Positions 1-8,094 of a stretch of DNA of 26,542 bases are shown here, piece after piece (position 1 is the stretch's first letter; the number at the start of each line of letters is the position of its first letter). Location: assembly GCA_049423385.1 (NCBI GenBank), contig JBMSQQ010000049.1:1-26542 (forward strand), in the 5' to 3' direction. A program made the translations under genes and the position numbers. This DNA is from Silvanigrellaceae bacterium (GTDB lineage: Bacteria > Bdellovibrionota_B > Oligoflexia > Silvanigrellales > Silvanigrellaceae). The notes below the pieces were generated by a model. It did no database searches and was not told the DNA's origin. It saw only the letters and a program-made list of their open reading frames with translations.

Positions 1-75
1 CCGACACCCACACCTCGGCCAACACCATCGCCGACACCATCACCGACGCCCACGCCTCGGCCAACACCATCGCCG
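1..75 (+). repeat. Imperfect coding tandem repeat (PTPTPRPTPS units)
   Basis: ccgacacccacacctcggccaacaccatcg at 1-30 recurs as ccgacgcccacgcctcggccaacaccatcg at 43-72, with only third-position differences. Confidence 0.8.
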
Positions 76-1188
76 GTTCCCACGGTTGTTCCTGCTCCGG
101 TGAGCACGCCTGCGGTTGTTCCAACACATACGCCAGTGATTCGGGGACCAGTTCCAACAGTTCCTACGGGCAGACCAGTTGGAGTGCCGCAAATTCCCGA
201 TTCCGACAGTCCTCTGCCAACAAAATCCTCATCACAATCCGACTCAGTGAGGCCCCCCGTGGCGCAGATTTCAGCTCCCCCACCCATCCCTCCACAGCCA
301 GCCGCAGTGGTTCGAGCAACAGCGCAGGAATCAAAGAGCATTCCTGCAAGGAAGCCTCCTGCTCAAATTCCTGCTCCTGCACCGCTTCCTCCACCCGAAG
401 CACCGCAAATTCCCATCGACGTTCCGGTCTCGGGCACGCCTGCGGCGCGATCGGATTCTTTCTTGCGGACGCGGGACCACACCAAGGCTGTCGATCTGGT
501 GATGGATGTTTCCGGACTGCCAGTTTCACAGGCTGATCAGAACACGTATTCAAATGTCCTGACGTATGCGTTCGACGCAAAATTGTGGAGCTATGATTCA
601 ACCCGTATCGGATTGCGTGCTTCGCGCGCTCGACACCTCTATTCTCTGAAGTTCACACCCGATGCAGCGATCGTCACCGACACCGACGGCGATACTCAGG
701 CGGCTCAAAAAACAGCACAGGCCACGCGATACGAAAATGCAATTGGAATCTCCCTCATGCAGGGACTCGTTGTCGAACAACGCCGTTTCCTATTGGAACT
801 TCATGCGGGTGAGATTTCCTATACCTCTGCGTGGAATTACGATCGCAGTGCCACGAGTAAAATCTTTCCCGCGCTGAACGGTGCTGCGTACAATTATGGA
901 GTGCGGCTGAAGTGGGCACCCTGGGTCGAGAACTCGGGAGATGTGTTTGGTTTGGAAGCGGAAGGCTTGAAAGGTACAGAGATCAGCGGACGAGTGCTTG
1001 GATTGTATCTCGGTTGGCGCGTCTCGTGGCATGATGATGGCATTGCGACCAACAATCCTGATTTCCTCCTCGATTTCTACGGCAAGGTTCAGGTGGGAAC
1101 GTACAAGGCCCCCAACGCTTTGAGTGGCGTCAAGGAAGATATCAAGACCAACACTGTTCTGCTTGGCACAACACTGAGTTTGATGTGA
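1..1188 (+). CDS. 5'-truncated protein: long Pro/Thr-rich linker followed by a C-terminal outer-membrane beta-barrel-like domain
   Basis: Frame is open from base 1 (PTPTPRPTPSPTPS...) and continuous with ORF 100..1188. The C-terminal ~240 aa has alternating amphipathic strands (YNYGVRLKWAP, VLGLYLGWRVSW, LLDFYGKVQVG, VLLGTTLSLM). Confidence 0.7.
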   Translation, partial: PTPTPRPTPSPTPSPTPTPRPTPSPVPTVVPAPVSTPAVVPTHTPVIRGPVPTVPTGRPVGVPQIPDSDSPLPTKSSSQSDSVRPPVAQISAPPPIPPQPAAVVRATAQESKSIPARKPPAQIPAPAPLPPPEAPQIPIDVPVSGTPAARSDSFLRTRDHTKAVDLVMDVSGLPVSQADQNTYSNVLTYAFDAKLWSYDSTRIGLRASRARHLYSLKFTPDAAIVTDTDGDTQAAQKTAQATRYENAIGISLMQGLVVEQRRFLLELHAGEISYTSAWNYDRSATSKIFPALNGAAYNYGVRLKWAPWVENSGDVFGLEAEGLKGTEISGRVLGLYLGWRVSWHDDGIATNNPDFLLDFYGKVQVGTYKAPNALSGVKEDIKTNTVLLGTTLSLM

Positions 1189-1210
1189 ACCGCAACAGGA
1201 GGCTGAGCGG

Positions 1211-1804
1211 TTATTTCCCTGTCTCCAGTTTGGTGAACAGGTCTCCAGCGATAATCAGCAAATCGCCCTGACGCGGCATGGCAGTGACTGGCAGACCTTG
1301 CACTCGTGCGTAGAAGCGAATTTCACGATTGCCAAAGTTCTGCAATTGGACACCTGCAACGTATTTGAAATATTCGGTCTTGACGATTTGCAGGAAATCC
1401 CCAAGGTCGCGGGTGGACATGCCTTTGGGTGGGAGTGCCGAAAGTTTCTCCTTCTTTGGAATTGCATGCAGGGTGATTCCAAAGTCGCGACTTTCCATCA
1501 AATCAAACATGGTCTGTGCAAATTGTTTTATCTTGTCATTCGAATTCAGAGGGATCGAAAATTTACTCAAAAATTCGATTTCAAATCTGCCGTCGTCCTC
1601 AAATTTCTTGGAAGCAGCGCGGTCGAGATAGAAATCACGTACGATTTCGTAAAACTCCTGAAGATCCAACGTCGTGAAATTGGTAATCTGATCTGATGGA
1701 TCGGATTGCTTGGTTGTGCCGGTGCCGCTCGTGGTTGCCGGTGTGCTCACTTTGCAGCCCGCAAGAATAAACATCAGGCCCAGTGTTTTGATTGTTGTTT
1801 TCAT
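1211..1804 (-). CDS. Hypothetical lipoprotein with an internal two-fold repeat
   Basis: ATG at 1804 with GGAGG SD; MKTTIKTLGLMFILAGC lipobox; Ser/Thr linker, then two similar segments. Confidence 0.8.
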   Translation of the reverse strand: MKTTIKTLGLMFILAGCKVSTPATTSGTGTTKQSDPSDQITNFTTLDLQEFYEIVRDFYLDRAASKKFEDDGRFEIEFLSKFSIPLNSNDKIKQFAQTMFDLMESRDFGITLHAIPKKEKLSALPPKGMSTRDLGDFLQIVKTEYFKYVAGVQLQNFGNREIRFYARVQGLPVTAMPRQGDLLIIAGDLFTKLETGK

Positions 1805-1823
1805 GGAAACGCCTCCGAGCGCC

Positions 1824-2186
1824 TTATCGGCAAACCAGGTCTTCTTTTTCACTTGCACTGTCGCTGAATTTGGCAGTCAGCATGTTGAGCCAGCCCCCAA
1901 AGTAGAGCGTGAACTCGGTTTGTCTGCTGTCCATGCAGTGGGCCACGGGGAAGAGTGTTGATGTCTCGTCGTCTGCTTCAAGGTTCAAAGCCCGACAAAG
2001 ACCATCGCTCACCTTGAAAAAGCCGTCTTCCAGGACGGGCCGTTCAAGGATTTCGAACTTCACCGGATAGTTCTCGGATGAACAGACAACACCCGGCTGC
2101 AAACTTTCGTGAAAGCTCGCGGCAATGCCGGTGCCTGAAAGCAAACCAAGAGTGAGGACCAAAACCGATCTCGCGCGCACATCCAT
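1824..2186 (-). CDS. Small secreted hypothetical protein (4 Cys)
   Basis: ATG at 2186 preceded by GGAGGT; signal peptide MDVRARSVLVLTLGLLSGTGIAA; stop is 19 nt before the next start, suggesting a two-gene operon. Confidence 0.7.
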   Translation of the reverse strand: MDVRARSVLVLTLGLLSGTGIAASFHESLQPGVVCSSENYPVKFEILERPVLEDGFFKVSDGLCRALNLEADDETSTLFPVAHCMDSRQTEFTLYFGGWLNMLTAKFSDSASEKEDLVCR

Positions 2187-2328
2187 GTGCACCTCCCTCG
2201 TTGAAAGCGCTTCGGTCCTGGCGAAACCGTGCATGAGCCGGAGTGCGTTGGAATTTTGACAACCTTTGTGCGCGTTAAAAAAAGCTGTGAAATTTGAGGT
2301 CGGTGCAGAGGGTAGGGGAAAAATTGCC

Positions 2329-3201
2329 GTGACATCGAACGTTTCAATAATTTCTCGATTCCTGCTGCTGTCATCCGTTGTCCTCGGTTTTTCGAGGCCC
2401 GCGCTCGCCGTGCCTCCCGATTCGGGTCGATACAGGTCGTTGATTGCCGAAGTCTTCAATGAATTTTCCGCAGAAACGCAGCAACACGGCGCAAGTGTGC
2501 AAATTGAATTTCATGAAAACAGCTCGGGAACCGGCGCATTCACCTGGCGAAAGGACGGCGGTCGGGTTTGGGAATTTCACTTTTATGATGGAATTCTGAA
2601 AACCACCAAAATCAATGAAGATGTTCTTTCCCTCATCGTTTGCCATGAACTGGGACACCATTTGGCAGGGTATCCTTTCAAGGACGATTCAACATGGTCT
2701 GCCGCGGAAGGTCAGGCCGATTTTTTCTCAACGCACGCGTGTGCACCTCGAATCTGGCAAGACGATGGCGAATTGAACGCGTCCTATGCGACAAGAATTC
2801 CCGTAGCTCTTCGTCTGAAATGCAATGATTCCTTTGCCTCACAATCGCGCCGGGATCTTTGTTACAGAACCGTTGCGGCCGTGGATGTGATGAGGCACTA
2901 CGAGGGGCGTCATCAAAAAGTCTTGCCTGCTCTCGAACGAATGGATCCTGCAGTTGTCGCGCAAACTTTCACGGGACATCCTGCTGCCCAATGCAGAATA
3001 AATACCCAGCTCTTTGGAACATTTTGCTCTCGAGATTTCGATTTTGGCCGGGTGCCTGGACATCTGGGTGTCGGACGCAACACTCTTGATGCTGAGCGCG
3101 ATGCATCATCCTCGCATTGCGAGACCTCAGATTTTCCACAATGGATGCATCGTCCGCGTTGTTGGTTTGCATCTTTGCAGAGCGCAACAAGCGGCGAGTG
3201 A
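2329..3201 (+). CDS. Secreted zinc metallopeptidase (HExxH, M48-like)
   Basis: CHELGHH followed by EGQADFF (third ligand); signal peptide ending ALA; start uncertain (GTG 2329 chosen, ORF opens at 2266). Confidence 0.8.
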   Translation: MTSNVSIISRFLLLSSVVLGFSRPALAVPPDSGRYRSLIAEVFNEFSAETQQHGASVQIEFHENSSGTGAFTWRKDGGRVWEFHFYDGILKTTKINEDVLSLIVCHELGHHLAGYPFKDDSTWSAAEGQADFFSTHACAPRIWQDDGELNASYATRIPVALRLKCNDSFASQSRRDLCYRTVAAVDVMRHYEGRHQKVLPALERMDPAVVAQTFTGHPAAQCRINTQLFGTFCSRDFDFGRVPGHLGVGRNTLDAERDASSSHCETSDFPQWMHRPRCWFASLQSATSGE

Positions 3202-3302
3202 TGTGACAATTGTTCGACATCTGCGTTGATCGTCTGACACCCTCGGGCACACTTCTAGATTGGCATCAAAGTTTACAGCCAGCCGAATATTGGAGTCCTG
3301 TC

Positions 3303-4241
3303 ATGCGATTCTCTTTTGTGCTGTTTTCATTGTTCGTGTGCGCAATCTGCGGTTCCTTTCAGGCAACTGCGAATCCCCCCAAGCCCTCTCATTCGGGTGA
3401 GTCGCCTTGGTCGACTCCCTTGGCTGAAGACCGGACCCTCGAATTTCAGAAGTCATTGGCTGGTGGTGATGAGGTTGTCGTCGACAAGACGTTCGGTTGG
3501 ATGTGGCAGACGAATCCTTCCCAACCAATGGATTGGTACAGTGCTTACTATTATTGTGAAGATTCCCGGGTGGGTGGCTTTTCCGATTGGCAGTTGCCCA
3601 GCTACTATCAGCTGACATCTATTCTCGATTACGACCGTCCGGGCCTTTATGTGAGCCCTGTTTTCAACAGGATTCAGACAGGCGATATTCTTTGGAGCCG
3701 GGACGACTCTGTTGCCATCGATCAACCCGATTTTGATGATCGCTGGACCCTGCATGTGAAGCTGGGATTGGTGACCTTTGAAAAGCGCAATGAGCCTTTC
3801 AATGCTCTATGCGTTCGTGGTGGAACTCCCAAGCGGATGGGTCCTGCCGGCAAAGAGCGCTTTGTAGAGATTCAGCCGGATATCATTCTCGACAAATTGA
3901 CCAACTTGAAATGGACCGCTCCGCGAAACGAAAAAACAAGCAAATTTTGGCTTTGGACCTTTCCCGGAACATTCTCGCAGGCAAATGGCTGGTGCTACAA
4001 CAGCAAGGCCGGCGGGCTCACAAATTGGCGACTTCCAACAATTCAGGAACTGGGGATGATCCTCGACTTGAATCGGCGATCACCTTCGAGCTGGATGCCC
4101 AAGCTTCCAAGTTCGATGTATTCCATCTGGTCGAGCACCCGAAAGCCGGAATACGATTCTTACTTTGCCATGTTCACCATGGGGCAAATGGCATCTTCAA
4201 TCGAAACCGAGAAGCAGGTTTTCGGCTGCGTTCATGAATAA
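3303..4241 (+). CDS. Secreted protein with two DUF1566 (Lcl, C-type-lectin-like fold) domains
   Basis: Two copies of the signature: VVDKTFGWMWQ..W..A..YC..GGFSDWQLPS..WS and ILDKLTNLKWT..A..WC..GGLTNWRLPTIQEL..WSST; signal peptide from ATG 3303. Confidence 0.85.
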   Translation: MRFSFVLFSLFVCAICGSFQATANPPKPSHSGESPWSTPLAEDRTLEFQKSLAGGDEVVVDKTFGWMWQTNPSQPMDWYSAYYYCEDSRVGGFSDWQLPSYYQLTSILDYDRPGLYVSPVFNRIQTGDILWSRDDSVAIDQPDFDDRWTLHVKLGLVTFEKRNEPFNALCVRGGTPKRMGPAGKERFVEIQPDIILDKLTNLKWTAPRNEKTSKFWLWTFPGTFSQANGWCYNSKAGGLTNWRLPTIQELGMILDLNRRSPSSWMPKLPSSMYSIWSSTRKPEYDSYFAMFTMGQMASSIETEKQVFGCVHE

Positions 4242-4256
4242 AAAAGGAAGACAATC

Positions 4257-5798
4257 ATGAAAAAAACAATTGCCATTGCTCTTGCCTTTTTCAGTGCGCA
4301 TGCCTCCGCAGACATGGTCATCACCATGAAACAAGGCGTGTCGCAAATTCCGCCAGCCATTGCCCGTTCGTTGGTTGGCCTGGATTACACAATCAAGGCA
4401 GCGTGGAATGAGCCACGCCTGACGCTTCAAAGCCTGCCCAAGGATGTTTGGCAGCGTGCTTCCCGACAACCTGCCATGGCTATCCTCGTTCGTGGAGAAT
4501 TGGCGCTTGAAGCAAAGCTGCCTGAAGGAGTGGAACGCATCGAGGAAAATACATCGCTGGTTCAAATGGAAACACTCGATCGCTACAAGTTTGATCCGGT
4601 GAAATGCGATGGCCTGATTTATGGATTTGGTCACTACACCACTGCTGGCCAGGATTTGACCGAAGCAATGCCGTGCGACAATTTCGCCCTCCGTCCCAGG
4701 GGTGATCTCCGTTATCGTGTGTTGGTTGAGTCGCAAACTCCCAAGACCATCGAGGTCTATGAACATGGCGATCTGATTGCCAGCGGCGAACGCCAGCTGG
4801 AAGTCGACTTCACCTTCGGATACCGGCAAAAGTACCTCATCGTGAAGGGCGCTCCCGGCGCGTATCGAATTTCTGTTTATCCAGTACTGGCAGACATCAA
4901 GAAGCAGAAGCCATTGTCTTTGGTTCTTTCGAGCAGTTTTTCAAATGCCTATGGATTCGGGATTCCCAACGTTGCAAAACTGGCGTCCCTCGATGCTCCA
5001 AAGTCCGAATGGATCGGTGCAAACATGATGTCGGCAGAAAAATTCTGGCAAAAGGGAATCACCGGCAAGGGAATCAAGGTTGCCGTTGTTGATACGGGAA
5101 TTGACGTGAATCATCCCTTTTTGAAGGGACACATTGCAGGTGGTTTTACACCGTTCAACAGGGGTACCACGCCTGATGATTATCAGGACCACCAGGGGCA
5201 CGGAACCCATGTGGCTGGTATCGTTCGCCAGGTTGCTCCCGATGCCGAACTCCTTGCAGTTCGGGTCTTTCCAAACGACGACGGAAAGGGAGAAGCAGCG
5301 ACGCTGGATGTTGTGGCTGCAGGAATTCGGTGGGCTATCGACAACGGAGCGAAGGTCATCAACTTGAGTCTTGGTGGTGGAAGTGCGCCAGCATCATTCA
5401 GAAAAGTTTTTGAGTATGGCGCAAGCAAGGGCGTTGTTTTTGCCATGGCATCGGGCAACGAGAGATCCTTTGATCCGCTGATTCCCGCCGCCTATGCCGG
5501 TGCGGTGCCGGGCTTGGGCTTTTCGGTGGGTGCGACCGACAAATATGGCAACATGGCTGTCTTTTCGAACTACACAGGCGACAATCCAAACATGAAACAG
5601 GTGTCATCGCATGGCTCGGGTGTGTTGTCGGCAGCTCTGGATGAAACCGGTTTTGTGAGCATGTCTGGAACATCGATGGCATCGCCCCAAATCGCCGGAC
5701 TTCTTGCTCTCTACAAGCAGGCGTATCCAGACATGAGCAACGTGGAACTGATGAAGTTGATTTCCGCAAATGTGTTGCGTGCCTCTGTCAATGATTGA
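4257..5798 (+). CDS. Secreted S8 (subtilisin-like) serine peptidase
   Basis: Catalytic motifs VAVVDTG, HGTHVAG, GTSMASP; oxyanion ASGN; signal peptide MKKTIAIALAFFSAHASA; AAGGAAG SD. Confidence 0.95.
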   Translation: MKKTIAIALAFFSAHASADMVITMKQGVSQIPPAIARSLVGLDYTIKAAWNEPRLTLQSLPKDVWQRASRQPAMAILVRGELALEAKLPEGVERIEENTSLVQMETLDRYKFDPVKCDGLIYGFGHYTTAGQDLTEAMPCDNFALRPRGDLRYRVLVESQTPKTIEVYEHGDLIASGERQLEVDFTFGYRQKYLIVKGAPGAYRISVYPVLADIKKQKPLSLVLSSSFSNAYGFGIPNVAKLASLDAPKSEWIGANMMSAEKFWQKGITGKGIKVAVVDTGIDVNHPFLKGHIAGGFTPFNRGTTPDDYQDHQGHGTHVAGIVRQVAPDAELLAVRVFPNDDGKGEAATLDVVAAGIRWAIDNGAKVINLSLGGGSAPASFRKVFEYGASKGVVFAMASGNERSFDPLIPAAYAGAVPGLGFSVGATDKYGNMAVFSNYTGDNPNMKQVSSHGSGVLSAALDETGFVSMSGTSMASPQIAGLLALYKQAYPDMSNVELMKLISANVLRASVND

Positions 5799-6876
5799 GC
5801 TGTTGCTGCTTTCAACTGCTGTCGCCCAGACAGCCGAGGTCAAGGACACGCCGCCCGGAACAAGAATTGAAAAATTGATGTCCGGGTTTGATGTCATCTG
5901 GGGACTTGACCTTTTTTCGGAAGATGAGGCGCTCATCACCCTGAAGAGCGGCAAGCTGCTGCGCGTGGATTTTCGAAAAAATATTCGGCAGGAGATTGCC
6001 GGTACTCCAGAGGTGAGCACAGCGGGGCAGGGCGGTCTGCTCGATGTCAGATTGTCGCCCGAATATGCGAAAGACAACCTGATCTACCTGACGTACTCGA
6101 AGAATCAGAAAAACGGTGCAACAACGGCTCTGGCAAGTGCATTGCTCAAGCCCGGCGAGAATAAAATCACCTCACTGAGGGATTTGTTTGTTGGGCAAAC
6201 AGACGTCAGCGGCGGTGTGCATTTTGGTTCGCGGATCGCGTTCGACACGGGAGGTCACGTTTTTTTTGGCGTGGGTGATCGTGGCGAGCGGGACAAGGCT
6301 CAAGATCTTTCGCGGCACAATGGCAAAATCATTCGCCTCAAGCGCGATGGCAGCATACCCCGAGACAATCCATTCGTGGGTCGAAAGGATGCCCTGCCTG
6401 AGACTTATTCGTTCGGACATCGCAATCCACAGGGGTTGTACTTCTCGAAGCGCGACAATGCCCTCTACAACTCGGAGCATGGTCCGCGCGGTGGAGATGA
6501 AATCAATCGCGTGCAAAAAGGACTCAATTACGGTTGGCCCGTCATCACATACGGCCGCGAGTACTATGGCCCCAAGATTGGCGACGGAACGGCCAAGCCC
6601 GGCATGGAACAACCGATAAAGTTTTTTGTCCCGTCGATTGGGCCCGGCTCACTCATCAAATACGAGTCGGGAAAGATCGCATCATTTTCAAATTCATTTC
6701 TTCTGGGAGCATTGGCGCTTGAGCATCTCAATGTTGTTTCGGCGGATGGAAAACAAGAGACACGATTCCTGTCTTCCATGGCCAAGCGCTTTCGCCAGGT
6801 GAAGGAAAGTCCTGCCGGGAATGTCCTGCTGACCACAGACTCGGGCGAAATCTATCGGATTTCACCTGCAAAATAA
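5791..6876 (+). CDS. PQQ-dependent sugar dehydrogenase (GSDH/YliI family)
   Basis: GQGGLLD, HFGSRI, GHRNPQGL, EHGPRGGDEIN and NYGWP motifs; ATG 5791 overlaps the upstream stop. Confidence 0.93.
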   Translation: MIELLLLSTAVAQTAEVKDTPPGTRIEKLMSGFDVIWGLDLFSEDEALITLKSGKLLRVDFRKNIRQEIAGTPEVSTAGQGGLLDVRLSPEYAKDNLIYLTYSKNQKNGATTALASALLKPGENKITSLRDLFVGQTDVSGGVHFGSRIAFDTGGHVFFGVGDRGERDKAQDLSRHNGKIIRLKRDGSIPRDNPFVGRKDALPETYSFGHRNPQGLYFSKRDNALYNSEHGPRGGDEINRVQKGLNYGWPVITYGREYYGPKIGDGTAKPGMEQPIKFFVPSIGPGSLIKYESGKIASFSNSFLLGALALEHLNVVSADGKQETRFLSSMAKRFRQVKESPAGNVLLTTDSGEIYRISPAK

Positions 6877-6953
6877 TTGAATCCTGTGCAATTCATGGAC
6901 AACAGCAAGTCCTGCTTGAAAGAATAAACGACTGAATTTATTTGATTTTTTTA

Positions 6954-6969
6954 TGGCCGGAAGCTTGCT
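6954..6969 (+). promoter_or_regulatory. Putative sigma54 (-24/-12) promoter
   Basis: TGGC-CGGAAGC-TTGCT has the exact GG-N10-GC spacing, follows an AT-rich tract, and lies 54 nt upstream of ATG 7024. Confidence 0.5.
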
Positions 6970-7023
6970 GACGCAAAGCATGTCAGCTGCTGCCCCGTTT
7001 TTGGGGCTCCCGGGAGGACAGCC

Positions 7024-7974
7024 ATGTCATTCACCCGCACGAAACATTTTGTCACCAACGTTACCCTTGTCGAAGGAAAAACGCTTGCGGTTGCAATGGC
7101 ATTGTTTTTCGCAGTGGCGGGTGGCTTGTCCGCATGTGGTCTGTCGAACCGGGAAGCCCCTACGGCCTCCACTCAAGGTATGCAGGATGTGGTGGAGTCG
7201 GCCGCGCAGGTGGTGGACTCAATCAAATGTCTGGTGCCCGCTCCCCAGTGGTACAAATCACTGTGGCTCGATATCAACTCTTCTGAAAATGCACTCGGTC
7301 GGTCGCTGATGACCCACTACATGGGCTGCAGTGGGTCGACGTTTCAACTCCGTGGCCAGGAATTCGAGAAATTGCCTTTGCAATTGGTGGCGGATGATTT
7401 CTCCTCGCCCTGGTTTTCAAAGAACTTTGTCGACGACCCACAGCCGTTTGAAGGAGATTCCGAGGGCGACGTGATTGACACGGTCAACGAGCCAGTTCTT
7501 TTTTCCACCCATTACGGCAACACGCTGGGAAATTTCCAATTGGATTTGAACGGGGTGTTGAAGTGGAAAAAACATTTTTCGGGAAAATTGATCCCCCGAT
7601 TCGAAGGCAAGGCCCGGGTCAGGGATCGTTACGACTTCAATCCCAGTGAATCAGCCGCAAAGGATTCCTGGCGTGGACGCGACACCGAGCTCCGTGTGCG
7701 GATTGCGCATGTGGGGATGCCCGGCAAGGCATTTGATATCGTTTCAGACTGGGTGGAGTTCAGCTTCGACTTTCCGCGGTATCCTGGGGATTTGATACAA
7801 GAAGGAATCAATTCCGAGAAATCCGGCTATTCAGACTATGGGGAGCAACTGCAACTCATTCTCATGACGGAGCTCCGCTCTGAAAAATGGAATTCGGCCT
7901 CAGCCCGTGAAAAGCTCGATATTCTCGTGAAAACCATGCGGCGCTTGCATGCTGCCGCAAAGAAGCGCAACTGA
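7024..7974 (+). CDS. Lipoprotein with a colicin M-like (lipid II-degrading bacteriocin) catalytic-domain motif set
   Basis: GGAGG SD; lipobox GLSAC (C38); ordered motifs HYMGCSG, LGNFQLDLNG, FEG..DRYDFN, WR..E, PGKAFDI parallel the ColM C-domain (HYLWGNG, LGNITL, YNG..DKYDFN, HR..E, GKEYQI). Confidence 0.65.
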   Translation: MSFTRTKHFVTNVTLVEGKTLAVAMALFFAVAGGLSACGLSNREAPTASTQGMQDVVESAAQVVDSIKCLVPAPQWYKSLWLDINSSENALGRSLMTHYMGCSGSTFQLRGQEFEKLPLQLVADDFSSPWFSKNFVDDPQPFEGDSEGDVIDTVNEPVLFSTHYGNTLGNFQLDLNGVLKWKKHFSGKLIPRFEGKARVRDRYDFNPSESAAKDSWRGRDTELRVRIAHVGMPGKAFDIVSDWVEFSFDFPRYPGDLIQEGINSEKSGYSDYGEQLQLILMTELRSEKWNSASAREKLDILVKTMRRLHAAAKKRN

Positions 7975-8094
7975 ATTTACAACTCACCATCCAGAAGTGA
8001 TATTCTCCGCCGGGTTTGCTTGCCGACGACATATTTTGTTGAATATGGGCAGTTGGTTTTCAAGGTGCTCTCTAGACTGAAGCCCGGGGGGAAA

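Noticed and set aside
1..100. CRISPR array or non-coding repeat
   Set aside because: The repeats are in-frame Pro/Thr codons with synonymous variation and no spacers.
1188..1212. Terminator hairpin AACCGC-N13-GCGGTT between convergent genes
   Set aside because: Short stem, large loop and no clear U-tract; too weak to call.
3303..4241. Diversity-generating retroelement
   Set aside because: No reverse transcriptase or template repeat is visible; the two domains are too diverged to be a VR/TR pair.
7975..8094. TPP riboswitch upstream of the NMT1-type gene
   Set aside because: The conserved CUGAGA and ACCUG cores are not present.
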